Notes under the pieces: generated by a model | The model's database searches: none | Told to the model about the DNA's origin: nothing | Seen by the model: only the letters and a program-made list of their open reading frames with translations | In this document: positions 39,755 through 52,312 of the stretch, piece by piece | How positions within the stretch are numbered: position 1 is the first letter of the stretch | Layout of the letters: every line of letters begins with the position of its first letter | Made by a program: the position numbers and the translations under genes | Assembly (NCBI GenBank): GCA_013265495.1 | Contig: MU061579.1 | Span: forward strand, 897,159-961,158 | DNA length: 64,000 nucleotides | From: Vicugna vicugna | Lineage: Eukaryota | Direction: 5' to 3'

Positions 39755-40282
39755 ATTTTTTTCCTTCTAGTTTTGTTGAGATATTGGCATATAGCACTGT
39801 ATAAGTTTAAGTTGCATAGCATAGTAATTTGACTTACATACATCATGAAATGATTACCACAATAAATTTAATGAACATTTATCATCTCATATGGATACAA
39901 AATAAAAGAAAAAGAAAAACATTTCTTTTCCTTGTGATGAGAGCTCCCAGGATCCACTTTCTTAACCACTTTCATATATATCATTCAGCAGTGTTAATTA
40001 TATTTATCATGTTGTACATTACATCCTTAGTACTAATTTATCTAGTAACTGGAAACTGGTATTTTTTAACTTCGTTCATCCAATTCCCCTTCTGCAACCC
40101 CTGCCTCTCATAAATACAAATCTGATGTCTTTTTCTATGAGTTTGTTTGTTTTAGAAGTATAACTGACTTACAGCACTATGTTTGTTGCTGTTAAACAGC
40201 ATAGAGATTCAATATTTCTATATGTTACAAAATGATGACCATGATAAGTCCAGTTACCAAATACACCATACAAAGATATTGC
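39755..40282 (-). mobile_element. L1 3' UTR (laurasiatherian/artiodactyl L1)
   Basis: 'gttttgttgagatattggcatatagcactgtataagtttaag...tgaaatgattaccacaataaatttaatgaacat...ccttgtgatgagagctc...tttttctatgagtttg'. Confidence 0.8.
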
Positions 40283-40809
40283 TTATTTGTAAAGGAAAGT
40301 AATAAAATGCCAATGACTGAGAAACCTTCCCTTCCCTGGTAGAGAAGTCGCAAGTCATTGTAAACAGGATGGTCAACATAATGTATTTCACAAAACAGGA
40401 GAGTGAAAGAAAACAGGAGCTACTTTGGCATTAAACCAAACATTGAGGATATTCACCTTTCATCTTTAAGAAGATTAAAGTAGAGTAGGATATAAGACAT
40501 CACATAAGTAAAATTCTATCTAAAACAGAACACTTGAATTCTGCAAATGTAAACCACCGGTTCTGAGCAGTCTCCGGATAAAAACTGCCCTTTAGTTAAA
40601 CACAGGCAAAAACATACTGTCAAACTTCAAAGTCAGAACCACAATGTTAACAAGAACAAGAACAACAATAATAAACTCTATTAACCACAAAAGAGAGAAA
40701 TAAACTATTGGGAAAAAATGAAGAGCTAGGAGTAGACAGAGGCACAGTGGAAATGTATGATATTCTAAAGTGGGCACGAACACTGTGCACTGACGAAATT
40801 TCAGAAAGT

Positions 40810-41880
40810 TTAGTATATGATGTTAGAAAAACTGGATTAGCATACAGAGAAATGTAATACTGAGTTATTTTCTAAGATTCTAAGTAATACTGGATTGTAC
40901 TTTCTACATAAAAATGGATTCTAGTTGAAATAAAGATAATATATAATTAATAAACACGGAAAAAGGGGAAGAGGTGTTTTTCTTTTTAAATATGCTCCCT
41001 TTGTTCTTTTTTTGGGGGGGCGGTGAAGAGTGGAAGGGAGGTAATTAGGTTTATTTATTTATTTACTTAAACGGAGGTACTGGAAATTGAAATCAGGACC
41101 TCATACATGCCAAGCATGCATTCTGCCACTATGCTATATCCTCCCCCTCAAGAGGTTTTCAAAAGAAAGTTCAAAAACACAAAAATGAAGTGAAAAAAAT
41201 GATTAATAGATTACATCATTTTTAAATTTTTGTGTTCACTGAATGGAAGCATGACAGAAGTTAAAAGATATGTCAAAGTTATGAAAATATACTCTAGATA
41301 TTTACAAATGACAACAGATTCACATCCAGAATAGGCAGGGAACACCTGCAGACCAACAATGAGAAGCTCAATAAAAATAGAAAAGTCTTTCAAAGAGATA
41401 AAAGCCCAGTTTACAGAAGAAGAAGCTGACAGAGTTAATGACGATATGATAAATGTTCACAATCACTAGTAAGCAGAAGAAAGAAAACCAGAGTAACAAA
41501 AAGATATGGCTTTGCCTATTGGACTGGCAATAATCAAAAAGCCGGAAAATGTCAAGTGTCAGCGGAAATGTGAGTCTCACTGCTGGTAAGATTGTGGGGA
41601 TTGGCAGTCATTCTAGAAAACTCCACATGGAGACATGTGCAAGGTTATTCATTGCAGCAATGTTCTTAGCCAGAGAAAGGAGTCGGAAGCAAACTAACTG
41701 TCCATCATTTGGAGAGTGGACAGATAAAATGTGACAGATGACACCATAGAGTGTTATAAAGAAGAAAGTTTTGACATAGATGTATACACAGCATAGTAGA
41801 TAGATCATAGATATATAGTGCTTCATGAACAACAGAGAGAACAAGGCATGAGAGAGATAATATAATAATATTTAATTGCT
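40810..41880 (+). mobile_element. Ancient L1ME-like ORF2/3' fragment (SINE inserted inside)
   Basis: 'aaactggattagcatac...tagattacatcatttttaaattttgtgttcact...atgttcacaatcactagtaa...acatgtgcaaggttattcattgcagcaatgtt...ctgtccatca'. Confidence 0.7.
40983..41148 (-). mobile_element. tRNA-Ala-derived SINE (camelid Vic-1-like), more diverged copy
   Basis: Antisense 'gggaggtaattaggtttatttatttat...ggaggtactggaaattgaaatcaggacctcatacatgccaagcatgcattctgccactatgctatatcctcccc'; imperfect TSD aagaggt(g)tttt. Confidence 0.85.
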
Positions 41881-43234
41881 AAGTAGAAACTTGCATCCTG
41901 TAATTTAGTTTAAATGCCTCTCTGGTGGGAAGTTTTGTTCTATGTCTTTTGTAAATGTCATGTAGTTATGTCCCACTGGCCACACCCCTCCTTCAGAGTC
42001 AGTATACAAGTCGCCTTCTTCACTTGTCTGTATTTCTAATTACACTTCCTTACCTCTAGCTAGAATAAACCAGGGTGTACACAGCTTATGTTCCAGTTGC
42101 CTACTATCATTTCTTCTTCCTTGTATCTCTATTTCCTTGTTATCTGGTAACCCCTCAAAAGTGTGATAAACAGAAAATACAATATCCAGTATGCTGTGCT
42201 TTCAAAAATCAGTCTTGTTGCCAGCTTCCCTTGCAAGTTGGTACATGCCCCAGAAAGCCCTACGCCACTAACAATAAACAACCTCTCACAATATATGCGT
42301 GTATTTTTTCTTATCATTTTCTCACAAAATGTGGAAAACTAAAGGATCTGTGTCCTTCAGTTTCAATTTGTAATCAGATGAGATATGGAAGGGAACAATA
42401 CTCCGCTTATTGAAAAAAATTGCATGAATTAAAAAAAAAATGTGTTCTCCTAAATTTGTTTGACACAAATGACTTTTTGAGTCAGAAGACAGAAGGAATT
42501 GGAAAACTAGATATCTTCCCATATTTTCAAGTGTTTTATTTCATATAATTAATCAGAGGTACCGTGTTAACTTTCACAGGAGCCAGAATCTATTTTCCCA
42601 CAATCCAACCACATCTGTCTTCTAAACAGTAAATTTACATATCAATTGTTATTTCTCTCTCCCTCTTTCCTTGTATATGAAAGAATGTTATATTATATAC
42701 ATATTTAAATTTGAATTCTATATAACATAAAATATAAAATATATTATAAAATAATGTATATGTAATAAATATAATTAATATACTCAAATTATATATAGAA
42801 ATTTAGATTACATACATAATTAGAAAGGATATATTTATTTGCCTAAGAAATGAGCAATTTATACATTAGGGCTTCAAGGATAAACCAGTTAAGTCCCTTT
42901 TTCTATCTCATGCCATCCTGTTACTTTCAGTACCTCATTATACCTGTTCAAACTTTTTGGACTCATGAGTCCAAGAGTTGACATCGCTCTTGACTTTATT
43001 TTAAACAATAATATGAATGATATGAGGATTAAGTCTTAATACACATAATTGGGAAAAAAAAAACTGCCTGCAGTTAAGAGTAAAGGACTTTAGGACTGTA
43101 GAGCTCTCTTGCTGATTTGTGATCAGTCTAAATCTGAGTGGGTAGACAAAGTCAAGATGAATCTATCCAACTTCACCATCAGTCAACTTCTGTTTCTTCA
43201 GCAATACTTAACTGACAGTTCTGCTGCTCAAAAA

Positions 43235-43545
43235 AATAATTCAGTCAGGGCCAGGCACTGTTCTATGATCTGAAAACACAGAAGGAAAAGAATAGACAAG
43301 GTCGATGCTCTTGTAGATCCTCCATTTTAATAAACCAGTCAACACATAAATACAACACTTTCATGAATTAAAAGGGCTACAAAGAAAATGAAAGAGTGAT
43401 GTGATAACAAGTACTCGCCAGGCTTGTGTATGTGTGCATAGCTAGGAGGAGACCCTTTTGGACTGGGTTTTAAGGAGACTGTTCAAATGTGATGTCTGAG
43501 TGGAAAATAGTGGGAAAGAAGAAAACCAGTCACGGGAAGATCAAG
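43235..43545 (-). mobile_element. L2 3' region
   Basis: 'gccaggcactgttcta...aatagacaaggtcgatgctcttgtagatcctccattttaa...aagggctacaaagaaaatgaa...ccagtcacgggaagatc'. Confidence 0.6.
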
Positions 43546-43901
43546 AGATTGGAGACTTGATCTCATAAGTGCTAATGTGCTTTCTATTACTGTTCACTGT
43601 CTCCAATAAGATAGGCTATTTTTTTTTTAAAAAGGGTATGTATATTAGTTTCCTTATTTAACTTAATATATTTAATTTAATGTACTTGGAGCTTATTGAT
43701 TTTGTAGTTCTTTATTTTCCTTCAAATGGTTGTAAGAGATAAGGAGAAGATAGCTGAAATGATAACATTAAATTTTGAATTACCATATTCATTATTTTAA
43801 TTATTAATCTTTTAACAAGTGTTCTAGAGTACAAACTCTCTAAAAGAAATAAAGAAGAGACAAATTTGTTCAATTGAAAGTCATATTAAATACATAGATA
43901 C

Positions 43902-43934
<33 letters not shown>

Positions 43935-45699
43935 TATATATATATATGAAATGGTTTGAGGATGAATTGATAAGATGGGCAAAATTCCAAATGCAAAAAC
44001 ATGCTAGAAAATCATCTTAAGAATCCAAATGTAAACATCTAAATGAAGATAGCAGTGTTCAAGTTTCATAAATGTGCAATAGTTAGGTTAGAAACAAAAT
44101 ATGTGAAAGCAGAGAACAATCATATGTTAACCTAGTCTGATGCTCAGAGAACAATCTCAGGTTCATTTGAAAATTTGCAACTGTTCATAAGCGTTTTAGA
44201 TTGCTTTCATGCTTAGTTCATCAGTTTGAAAAAAGTTACGCACATATTGTAAAATTCTTGTGCATATGTTACCAGCTTTTCTTTTGCTGTTTATATCACC
44301 ACTAATTAACATTTTTAATTAAGACAAAAAACACTGTTAGCATAATACGTGAAAAATTGGAACAGGTGCTTAGGGTAATAATTTGTATAAATAGCTATTG
44401 CCCACACTAGCATCTAAATTATAATCATTAACTAGCTTTCAGTGGATCAAAGTGAAATTCTGCCTTTTTTTTTTAATTTAAGGAGAAAGCAAGAAAGAAA
44501 AACACACCACAGAAATAAATGCAGACAAAATTTTGCTGTTCCCATTATAATCCTAGTGTACCCTACACTTAAAACTTAGCCTTCTTGAAGCCTGTCTGGT
44601 TGGTCTTCTTCCCCTCCACCGCCTCTGATCTGGTACTTCTCAGTTCATTCTTGAAAGCATAGTTCTAAAAAGAAATTTTCTTCTTGACTGTTTTTGTACT
44701 CCAACTTTCTTCTCCCATCCGAAGCACAATGGGTTTTTACAGCGCTTTGTATTCTACTCCATTAAAATAGGTACCCACTGAATTAAAATTAGTTAATAAA
44801 TACTTCCATTTTGTCTATTAAAAGAGCAAAGTTCTGGAGGACTTATATCACCAGCACATTGCTAAATTAAGTTCATTTAGCTCACGGAAGGAAATTAAAT
44901 TAAATTAGCGTCTTAAAGAGAGCTACTTACAGTAAATGCATAACATGCGATATGCCAAATTATATGGTTCCAGACTTACCTAAAACTCAGTAGCCTCACA
45001 TCTTATTCCTTTTGCAAAGGCTTTTCTTCTGCCTGTGCTCAGAATCTAAGTTAATGGCATCATTTGCCTCCTAGATACCCAGGAAGATACTGCAGACCTA
45101 TCTATAATCTTTTTCCTCTCTCATCTCTGATAGTCAATGCTCACAATGCATCATGACAACTGAAATTTAATGAACATCTATTATGCACTCTGCTCAGCGC
45201 TGACAATGCAAGAAAGTATAAAATACTATATCCTAGCCACACTCTTTTGAAATGCCTCTGTTACCATCCTTCTAACACTTCAGTCTTTTGCCCTGTTCAT
45301 ATTCTAGTTTGCCCGGATGATTCTAATAACCTTATTTTGAGTTCCCAGCCATCAGTCTTTTAACCTTCACGTTGTGGCCAAATTATTTTTTTCTAATTTC
45401 TTTCTTATAAAATTGCTAATTTTTCTTCTTTCCTATAGGTAAGTAGTAACACTATTTGCCTTTCTATATAGTAACTTAATTGTAAAATATATATCACATA
45501 TTCAGTTCACAAGCATTTAATTTTTAATTATTCTAATTAACTTCGATCTGACCATGGCATATTTCTCTAGGGTTGTTTCTCCTCCTGTCATTCTCCAGTA
45601 CACACAGAACTCTGCGTCATCACCATGACAAAATATTATGTATAATTCCCCTTGGAAGATTGCTCAGACACTCAGAGTGAATTAAAGAATAATAATTGT

Positions 45700-46396
45700 T
45701 GTATTAATCAGAGTTCTCCAGAAAAACAGAACCAATAGGAAGTATGTTTGTGTGTATGTGTATATTTATATATACATCTATAAATATATATATGTATATT
45801 CTTGATATAGATATCTAAGAGGAGAGTTATTACAGAAATTGTCTCACATGGTTGTAGAGGCTGAGAAGTGCCACCAAATGCTGTCTGTAAGCTGCAAGCA
45901 CCAGAAAGCTGGTGGTGTCATTCAGTCAAGTCCTACAAAGGCTGAAGGACCAGGGGAGCTAATGATGTCTCAGTCCAAGACCAAAGTGGTATAGATGGTG
46001 GGGTGAGAAGAGAGGCCACTGGGCTAAGTCTCAGAGCTTGAAGGAAGGAGCCGAAATGTCCAAGAACAGGAGAAGATGGATTCCTGACTCAAGAAGAAAA
46101 AGAGAAAATTGGCCATTCCTCTGCCATTTTGTTCTATTTGAACCCGCATGGATGGGATGATGCCCATCCATGTTGATGAGGGCGGATCTTCTTTACTAGG
46201 TCTACTGACTCGAAGGCTACTATCTTCCAGAAACATCCCCATCATGTTTTACCAGCTATCTTAGCATCCCTTTGTCCTGTCAAGTAGACAAAATTAACCA
46301 TTTAAAGTCCACTTCTTGTCAAATCGACACCTATACACATCTCCTTCAACTGTACTTACAGCCCAGTCAACTGAACACATAAAGTTAACCATCACA
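45700..46396 (-). mobile_element. ERVL MLT2B-like LTR plus short internal 3' end plus a second LTR terminus
   Basis: 'tgtattaatcagagttctccagaaaaacagaaccaatagga...ggctgagaagtgccac...gatgatgcccatccatgttgatgagggcggatcttctttact...gtcaagtagacaaaattaaccat', then ERVL-int-like 'agtccacttcttgtcaa...catctcctt', then 'cccagtcaactgaacacataaagttaaccatcaca'. Confidence 0.85.
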
Positions 46397-46615
46397 ATCA
46401 CTAAGACTTATCTAGTATTTACTATACACCGTATACCATCCTAACTGCCTTAGAAATATCAACTTGTTCAGTACCTTGTGAAGTAGATATTAACATTTTT
46501 CCACTTTATACATGAGAAAGCTGAGGTACAAAGAATTTGTTCAGGCTTACTTAGGAATTAAATGGCAGGGTCAGGATTCAAATTCAGAAAGTTTTCACCC
46601 AAAACTCATACTCAG
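46397..46615 (-). mobile_element. MIR SINE (ERVL element likely inserted in its tail)
   Basis: 'ccttgtgaagtagatattaacatttttccactttatacatgagaaagctgaggtacaaaga...aaatggcagggtcaggattcaaattcag'. Confidence 0.7.
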
Positions 46616-47609
46616 AAATGATAAGCTGGACTGGTCCTCTCATCAAGTTCCCATGTAAGAGTTGTGTATACCATAGCACCAGTGTGTTGTACATCTTATT
46701 TCAGTCCCAGCAAAAATTCAGCTACAACATATCATGACTCTGTATCATTTATCTTCCACAAGCATTAGGCAGTGCTGCATATAAAACCTGTAAAGATAGA
46801 ATATATTTTGTCTTTATTAAAATGAGATTGTTATAGCACAATATATTTTTCGATGTCAAATGAGTGATGCAGTAATTCACAATAAATTCAAAAAGAGGAT
46901 TAGATATAAGATGACTTTAAAGTAATATAAAACTATTTGCCTAATAAAAAAAGAGAACTGTTAAAACATCAAACTATAAAATGAGTGATTTGAATTATAT
47001 CCACTCCAAATTATGATATGCATATTTGCATATTAGTGATTCATAATGTTCAGTTGTACTATTTTAAAATATTTACAAGCTAATCAAATAGAAAGCAATT
47101 TTGAGGATTTTTTTCTATATTCATTTCACAGACATTTTTAAGTTTATAATCTTTAAATATGTTTCCTCTTTTTTATGTATTCACTTGACAATTTTACTAT
47201 AACCAGAGATAGGACACACTGATAAATAACCTAAAAAAGGTCAAAAAAAGACATTCAAATCATTTATAATGTTCTTTTGATTGCAAAAAATACTATTATT
47301 TCATTTAAAATCGTTACTTTATGTGATTTTAGCCTATTAATTCAAAGACAAAAAAGAACCATTCCATAAATTTTAGTTTTATTTTTCATAGTCTTTACTA
47401 TTCTCTGAAGTTATAGTGTTTATTATACATTTCTCTGTTATCTGTTCTGTAAGTAGAAATTAAGTTTCATAAGGCAATCATTTTGTTTATCATATTCTCC
47501 ATTGAATAACCAGAATCTGGAATAGTTTTTGGTTCACAGTAGACATTCATGGAGAAGTATAATGACGTGTACTTCAGTTTCCATACCCAAATGAATTTGA
47601 CTTGAAGCC

Positions 47610-47964
47610 TGTAATGAACTGAATGTTTGTGCTTTCTAAAAAATCACGTGTTGAAATTCTAACCCCAAGGTAAGAATACCAGGAGGTGGGGGCTTGGGCA
47701 GGTGATTGAGTCATGAGTGTGGAACACGCAGAATGGGAGTAGTGCCCTTATAAAAGAGATCCCAGACAGCCCCTTTGCCCCTTCTGCCATGTGAAGACAA
47801 TAAGAAAATGGCTGTCTATGAACCAGTAAGCAAGCAGGCATCAGACACCAAATATGCTGCTGGCTTCATCTTGGACTTCCCAGTCTCCAGAACTGTAAGA
47901 AATAAGTGTTTAAACTACTCAATCTATGTTATTTTTGTTCTAGCAGTCTGAATAGACTAAGACA
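47610..47964 (+). mobile_element. MaLR solo LTR (MLT1A-like)
   Basis: TG...CA termini 'tgtaatgaactgaatgtttgtg'...'gaatagactaagaca'; 'gtgcccttataaaagaga', 'atcttggacttcccagtctccagaactgtaagaaataa'. Confidence 0.9.
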
Positions 47965-50900
47965 GAGGCTGGAAGTTCATGAAGATTTACGGAAACAATC
48001 AAGACACGTGAGCAAGTCCCATATATAAAATTGTATCCCCATGTTATTTTATGTAAGTACATACTTTCTTTCAAAAAAGTACATGTTAAAAGACATTTAG
48101 AATTTAGAGTGTATTTATTTTGCTACCAAGTCTACTTACAATTGTTATGTTACCTCAAAATGTGAAGAGACAGAAAAACAGGAAAAATAGTTTTGAATTA
48201 AGTTATTTCAAATAAACAAATATAATAATTAAAGAAAATCATGAACTTCTTAAGAACAAGGACTATGAATAAATAACTATAGATTTTGATGTTTTATAAT
48301 AAACATGCTTCATGCTCAAATGCAATGGTTAAGATTTAGTTGGCTGTATGTTGGCTACTATTCTATGAGTATATTTTAGATGATAAAATTTGTAGTCAGT
48401 TTCTAATGTGTACACACTATATCTTAAGATTTTGTTAATAAATGTTTCCCTAAAATCATGTACTCAATTGCATTTTTAAATTATTCCATTCAGTATGCAT
48501 AAGTGACATTATATCAACAGAAATTGAAATTTCACATATTCATCACAATTGCATCCTATGAAAACAACTATTCACTTTTTCTAATGTTCTATTATGCAGT
48601 TCACTATTTTTATTTGTATTTGTGTCTGTATGCATTAGCTTATACTTTATGTGGAAGTTATCATAGCATAAATATTTCTACATCTTTGCATTGTCTCCGT
48701 AGATATTATTTAAGGAAACACATCAAATGTATTTAATTGATGTAACCTAATTTCCTTAACCATGTTATCTTGCTTAAAGACAATTTTTCTTCCAGGTTTT
48801 TATCACTGGTGATAAAGTCACAATGGATAACTTCAGATATTGCAGTTTTCCTCTAATTTGGATGATTATCTTAGGATAATTTACGAATAGTCAAAATATA
48901 TGAACATTTTAAGACACCACAATTATCGTCAAATCACTTTTCAAAAAAGTTTTACCCGTTGCATTTGATGTTGTCTTCATTGTTAGTATTAGCATCGGAA
49001 ATTGACTACACTACTTCCTGGGCAAAAACAATGGAAACAAACACTACAAATACTACTTCCTGGAGAAGAACGTGTTTATAAATCAAGGCTAGTTCTTGGA
49101 AACCCCATCTACTGTGGGTAGACACTGAGATCCCGAGGAGAGGGGACAGTATTCAGTTACAATCTGAATATGTAGGACAGGAGGTTGATTTAATAAATAT
49201 GTTGAGTTCATAAACATCAAAAGAAGCAGAGAGAAATACAACTCAGAGATAAAGAAGGAAAGCAGGAAGAGAATCACTACTCGGACGACCTGGTTTACAG
49301 GAATGCATTTCACCGCCTGCAGCGGCTCAGCAAGAAGGGCACCAAGGAGAACCGTGTCCTCCCATGAAATCAGAAAGCACGTGAGTCCCATCCAGATGGA
49401 CACGGGAGCAAACATTCAACAGTCTGCCCTTCCCTTGAATATATTTATGATTTCTTATTTTTGGTTGATGTACAAGTAAATGACCACTGTGTTGGTTTTA
49501 AAGGTGAAGGTAGTTAATGTGCTCTCTGCCAGGGGTCTCAGTGGTTCCTGAGAAGATGTGGGGCACACCTACAATGGATATCCTGCAGAATGCAGACAGC
49601 TGAGCGGAGCCAGAAGGAGGAAAGGGGGGCAGCGGGATTACCTATAAAATGTGCAGTGGCATCTTTAAGCTCCATTTTTACTAAATGGATGCTAGCTTCC
49701 TACTGTCTTACTTGGTAACTAGCTTGTCCTTATTTCTAATGTCTTATTTAAAAAGTAATATGTAGTTTTCGTGTTAATGAGGATGACACACTATTTAGTG
49801 CACCTTAGATCTTTCCAAAGGTATTTTCATTCACCACATAAAATATTAATTATCAGCAAAGTCAGTGTGTGTACATGAGGAAGAGGAGAGAAGAGAGAAT
49901 GAGAGAGAGAGAATCAATCTTTTTTAAAAATGGGAAAAATCTGTAAGATTTCTTGAGGCAGCTATTCACTATTCCCCCAAGCTCTATTTATAACTGCTAT
50001 GAAATAATAATCCCCTTTTCTTGTTCACTTTTATAGGCCTGTCTACAAGCCTTAGAAATATTGTGTTTGGATGAAGAGGCAGAAATCTTAAAAACAGAAA
50101 AATCAAGATTTCAGCCTTTGAGCCTTAGCAAGGAACCTGCTGGCAGAGGCTGGTATTTTTATTTAACCCCTAACGAAAAGATTTATTATCAAATGTTTGT
50201 GAGTTTTGAACAAAATTATATGAAACTGGTCTGCCACACACATACAGATACAATTAGAATTCCAAGCCTGTTACAAGTTGTGCTTCTGAATTATTTGTCT
50301 ACGAAGTCAAGCTGAATTTTTCAGATCATCTTGAGACTTAATTGGGTCCCACTTTTGACCTAAGGAAACCACTTGCCTAACTGGTAGTCTTCTTGTTAAA
50401 AAATAATGTTTCAGAAGAGCGCTGGTTGACAGTTAAAACCAGGTAACAGTAGAGAGTACAGTGCACTGAAAATGACAGAGAGACAATATATTGTTTTTGT
50501 TTACTTTCATCATCTCTTCCCTCAAATTCAGTTAACCCACATGAAATTATTAGCTTTAAAACCAATGGAAACTTGTCTTTCATAGCTTATTGGTTTAACA
50601 AGAAAAAAGAATAGCTTTACTTGAATTTGTCAGAATATAGAAACCTGTCATAACTCTTAAATTTAACTCTTTTAGATGTGTACTCCTGGCCGTAAGACAG
50701 GTTATTAACTTAAATTGGTGCTTTGAGAATCACTCGTCTCCTGCAAACAATAGATACATTTGTCTGCACTTAACATAGCCTGGCCAGAGTCTGAAAGGTC
50801 GCACCTGTAAAGTGAATATATTGGCATGACCCTTTATTTGGGTATCAGACGTAGACATTTTGAAGTTTCTACTAGGAACTAGCTCATGTGAAAAATCAAA

Positions 50901-51786
50901 TGTTTCAACAGTATTTCAGAAATAAGTATTTTGCAGTAGATGAAGTGGTTCCCCAGTTAATATCCACCAAGTTAACTGGGAACAATCCCATGACGGCAAA
51001 GTTACCAAGCCAGGTTTCTGGGAACAGCAGCCCGTTTATATGTGCTCCAGGTAGTTCCAGAAAATGTGAAGATCTATCAAGGACCTTCACAAATTTTTAG
51101 GACCTATAGAATCTTTGGTCCTGTGTATCTACACATTGAAAATAAAGAGCAATAAAATGTATGGTGGTGTTTAACATTCCAAATTTTGGAGTTAGACATC
51201 TCTGGAATGGAACCTGGCTCTGCCTTTTAGAGGACATTTGATTTTAATCCCACTGAGCATCTTCAATTTTGTCTTCTTTAGAGTGAAGAAAACATCTATT
51301 TCATAAATTTGCCATGAGGCATAAGTAAAAAATGTGAATATGGAATGTAGCATGATGCTTGTGGTGGTTGCTAAATAAATCATAGTGATATAGTGATTTA
51401 GAATATACTGATTATTTATTTGGCTTCCTATGTTTAGAGGAATAAATGATATATAATATTAAAGTATGACATAATATATTATAGTTTCCTATATGTATGT
51501 TATGTATTTTTCATATGATAACTTGGTTTGAGCTCTCTTTACTTGACTCCCTCACTCATTCTTAATCTGTGAACTCCTTTAATGTATCATTTCTGTGTTG
51601 GCTTATTCTTCATGTTTGGGAGGATTCTCTACCTCATCTCTCTTACGCTAGATTAGTGACTAATACTCTAGGCTCCCCAAATAACATGTGCTTATTTAAT
51701 CTTGTTACTTTTTACATTTAATTGCAATACTGGCTTACTTTTATATAATTCAATGAAAAAAGCTCTAAGAAGGCATAAACCCCTTA

Positions 51787-51822
51787 TGTGTGTGTGGTGT
51801 GATGTGTGTGTGTGTGTGTGTG
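51787..51822. repeat. Interrupted (TG)n microsatellite
   Basis: Directly visible. Confidence 0.85.
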
Positions 51823-52246
51823 CACTATTCCTCCAGTTTAGCAGTGTCTGATTCAGAGAAGGATCTCAATAAAAGCCATTGTCTGAGCTGAGACATGTTG
51901 GGCTATTTCGCCACACCGGTAACGATGGAACCAAAACATTTCAACTCACTAAAAATGAAGGTGAATCACATTTACTTGTGTTTCAAGGATAAAACATTTT
52001 GCATTAACCCGCTGGCCCCTGCTGATTTGTAAAAGCTTATATCTTTTCAAACTGTTAAAACAGACAAGAATGAATAATAATGATGCTGTCAGCAAAATAG
52101 CTGTGAAACAAATACTCAGAACAAATTTTCTTTAGTTTTCAATTACTTCTCCTTTTATAATAAAGGGTTAAAATAGGTAAGTCACAGTTTAAGAGGAAGG
52201 TTAAGTTTTTAAGAGAAATTTTATTTTAAAAGAAAAGAAACCCATA

Positions 52247-52312
52247 GTATATACACCTTAACTTACAAAATGTTACATGTCACATATACCTCAATAAAGC
52301 TGGAGAGAAAAA
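52247..52312 (+). mobile_element. Extremely 5'-truncated L1 3' end with imperfect TSD
   Basis: 'tatacaccttaacttacaaaatgttacatgtcacatatacctcaataaagctgg' flanked by aaaagaaacccata / aaaatgaacccata. Confidence 0.7.

Noticed and set aside
42690..42840. Extremely AT-rich tract as a functional element
   Set aside because: Low-complexity sequence with no supportable structure.
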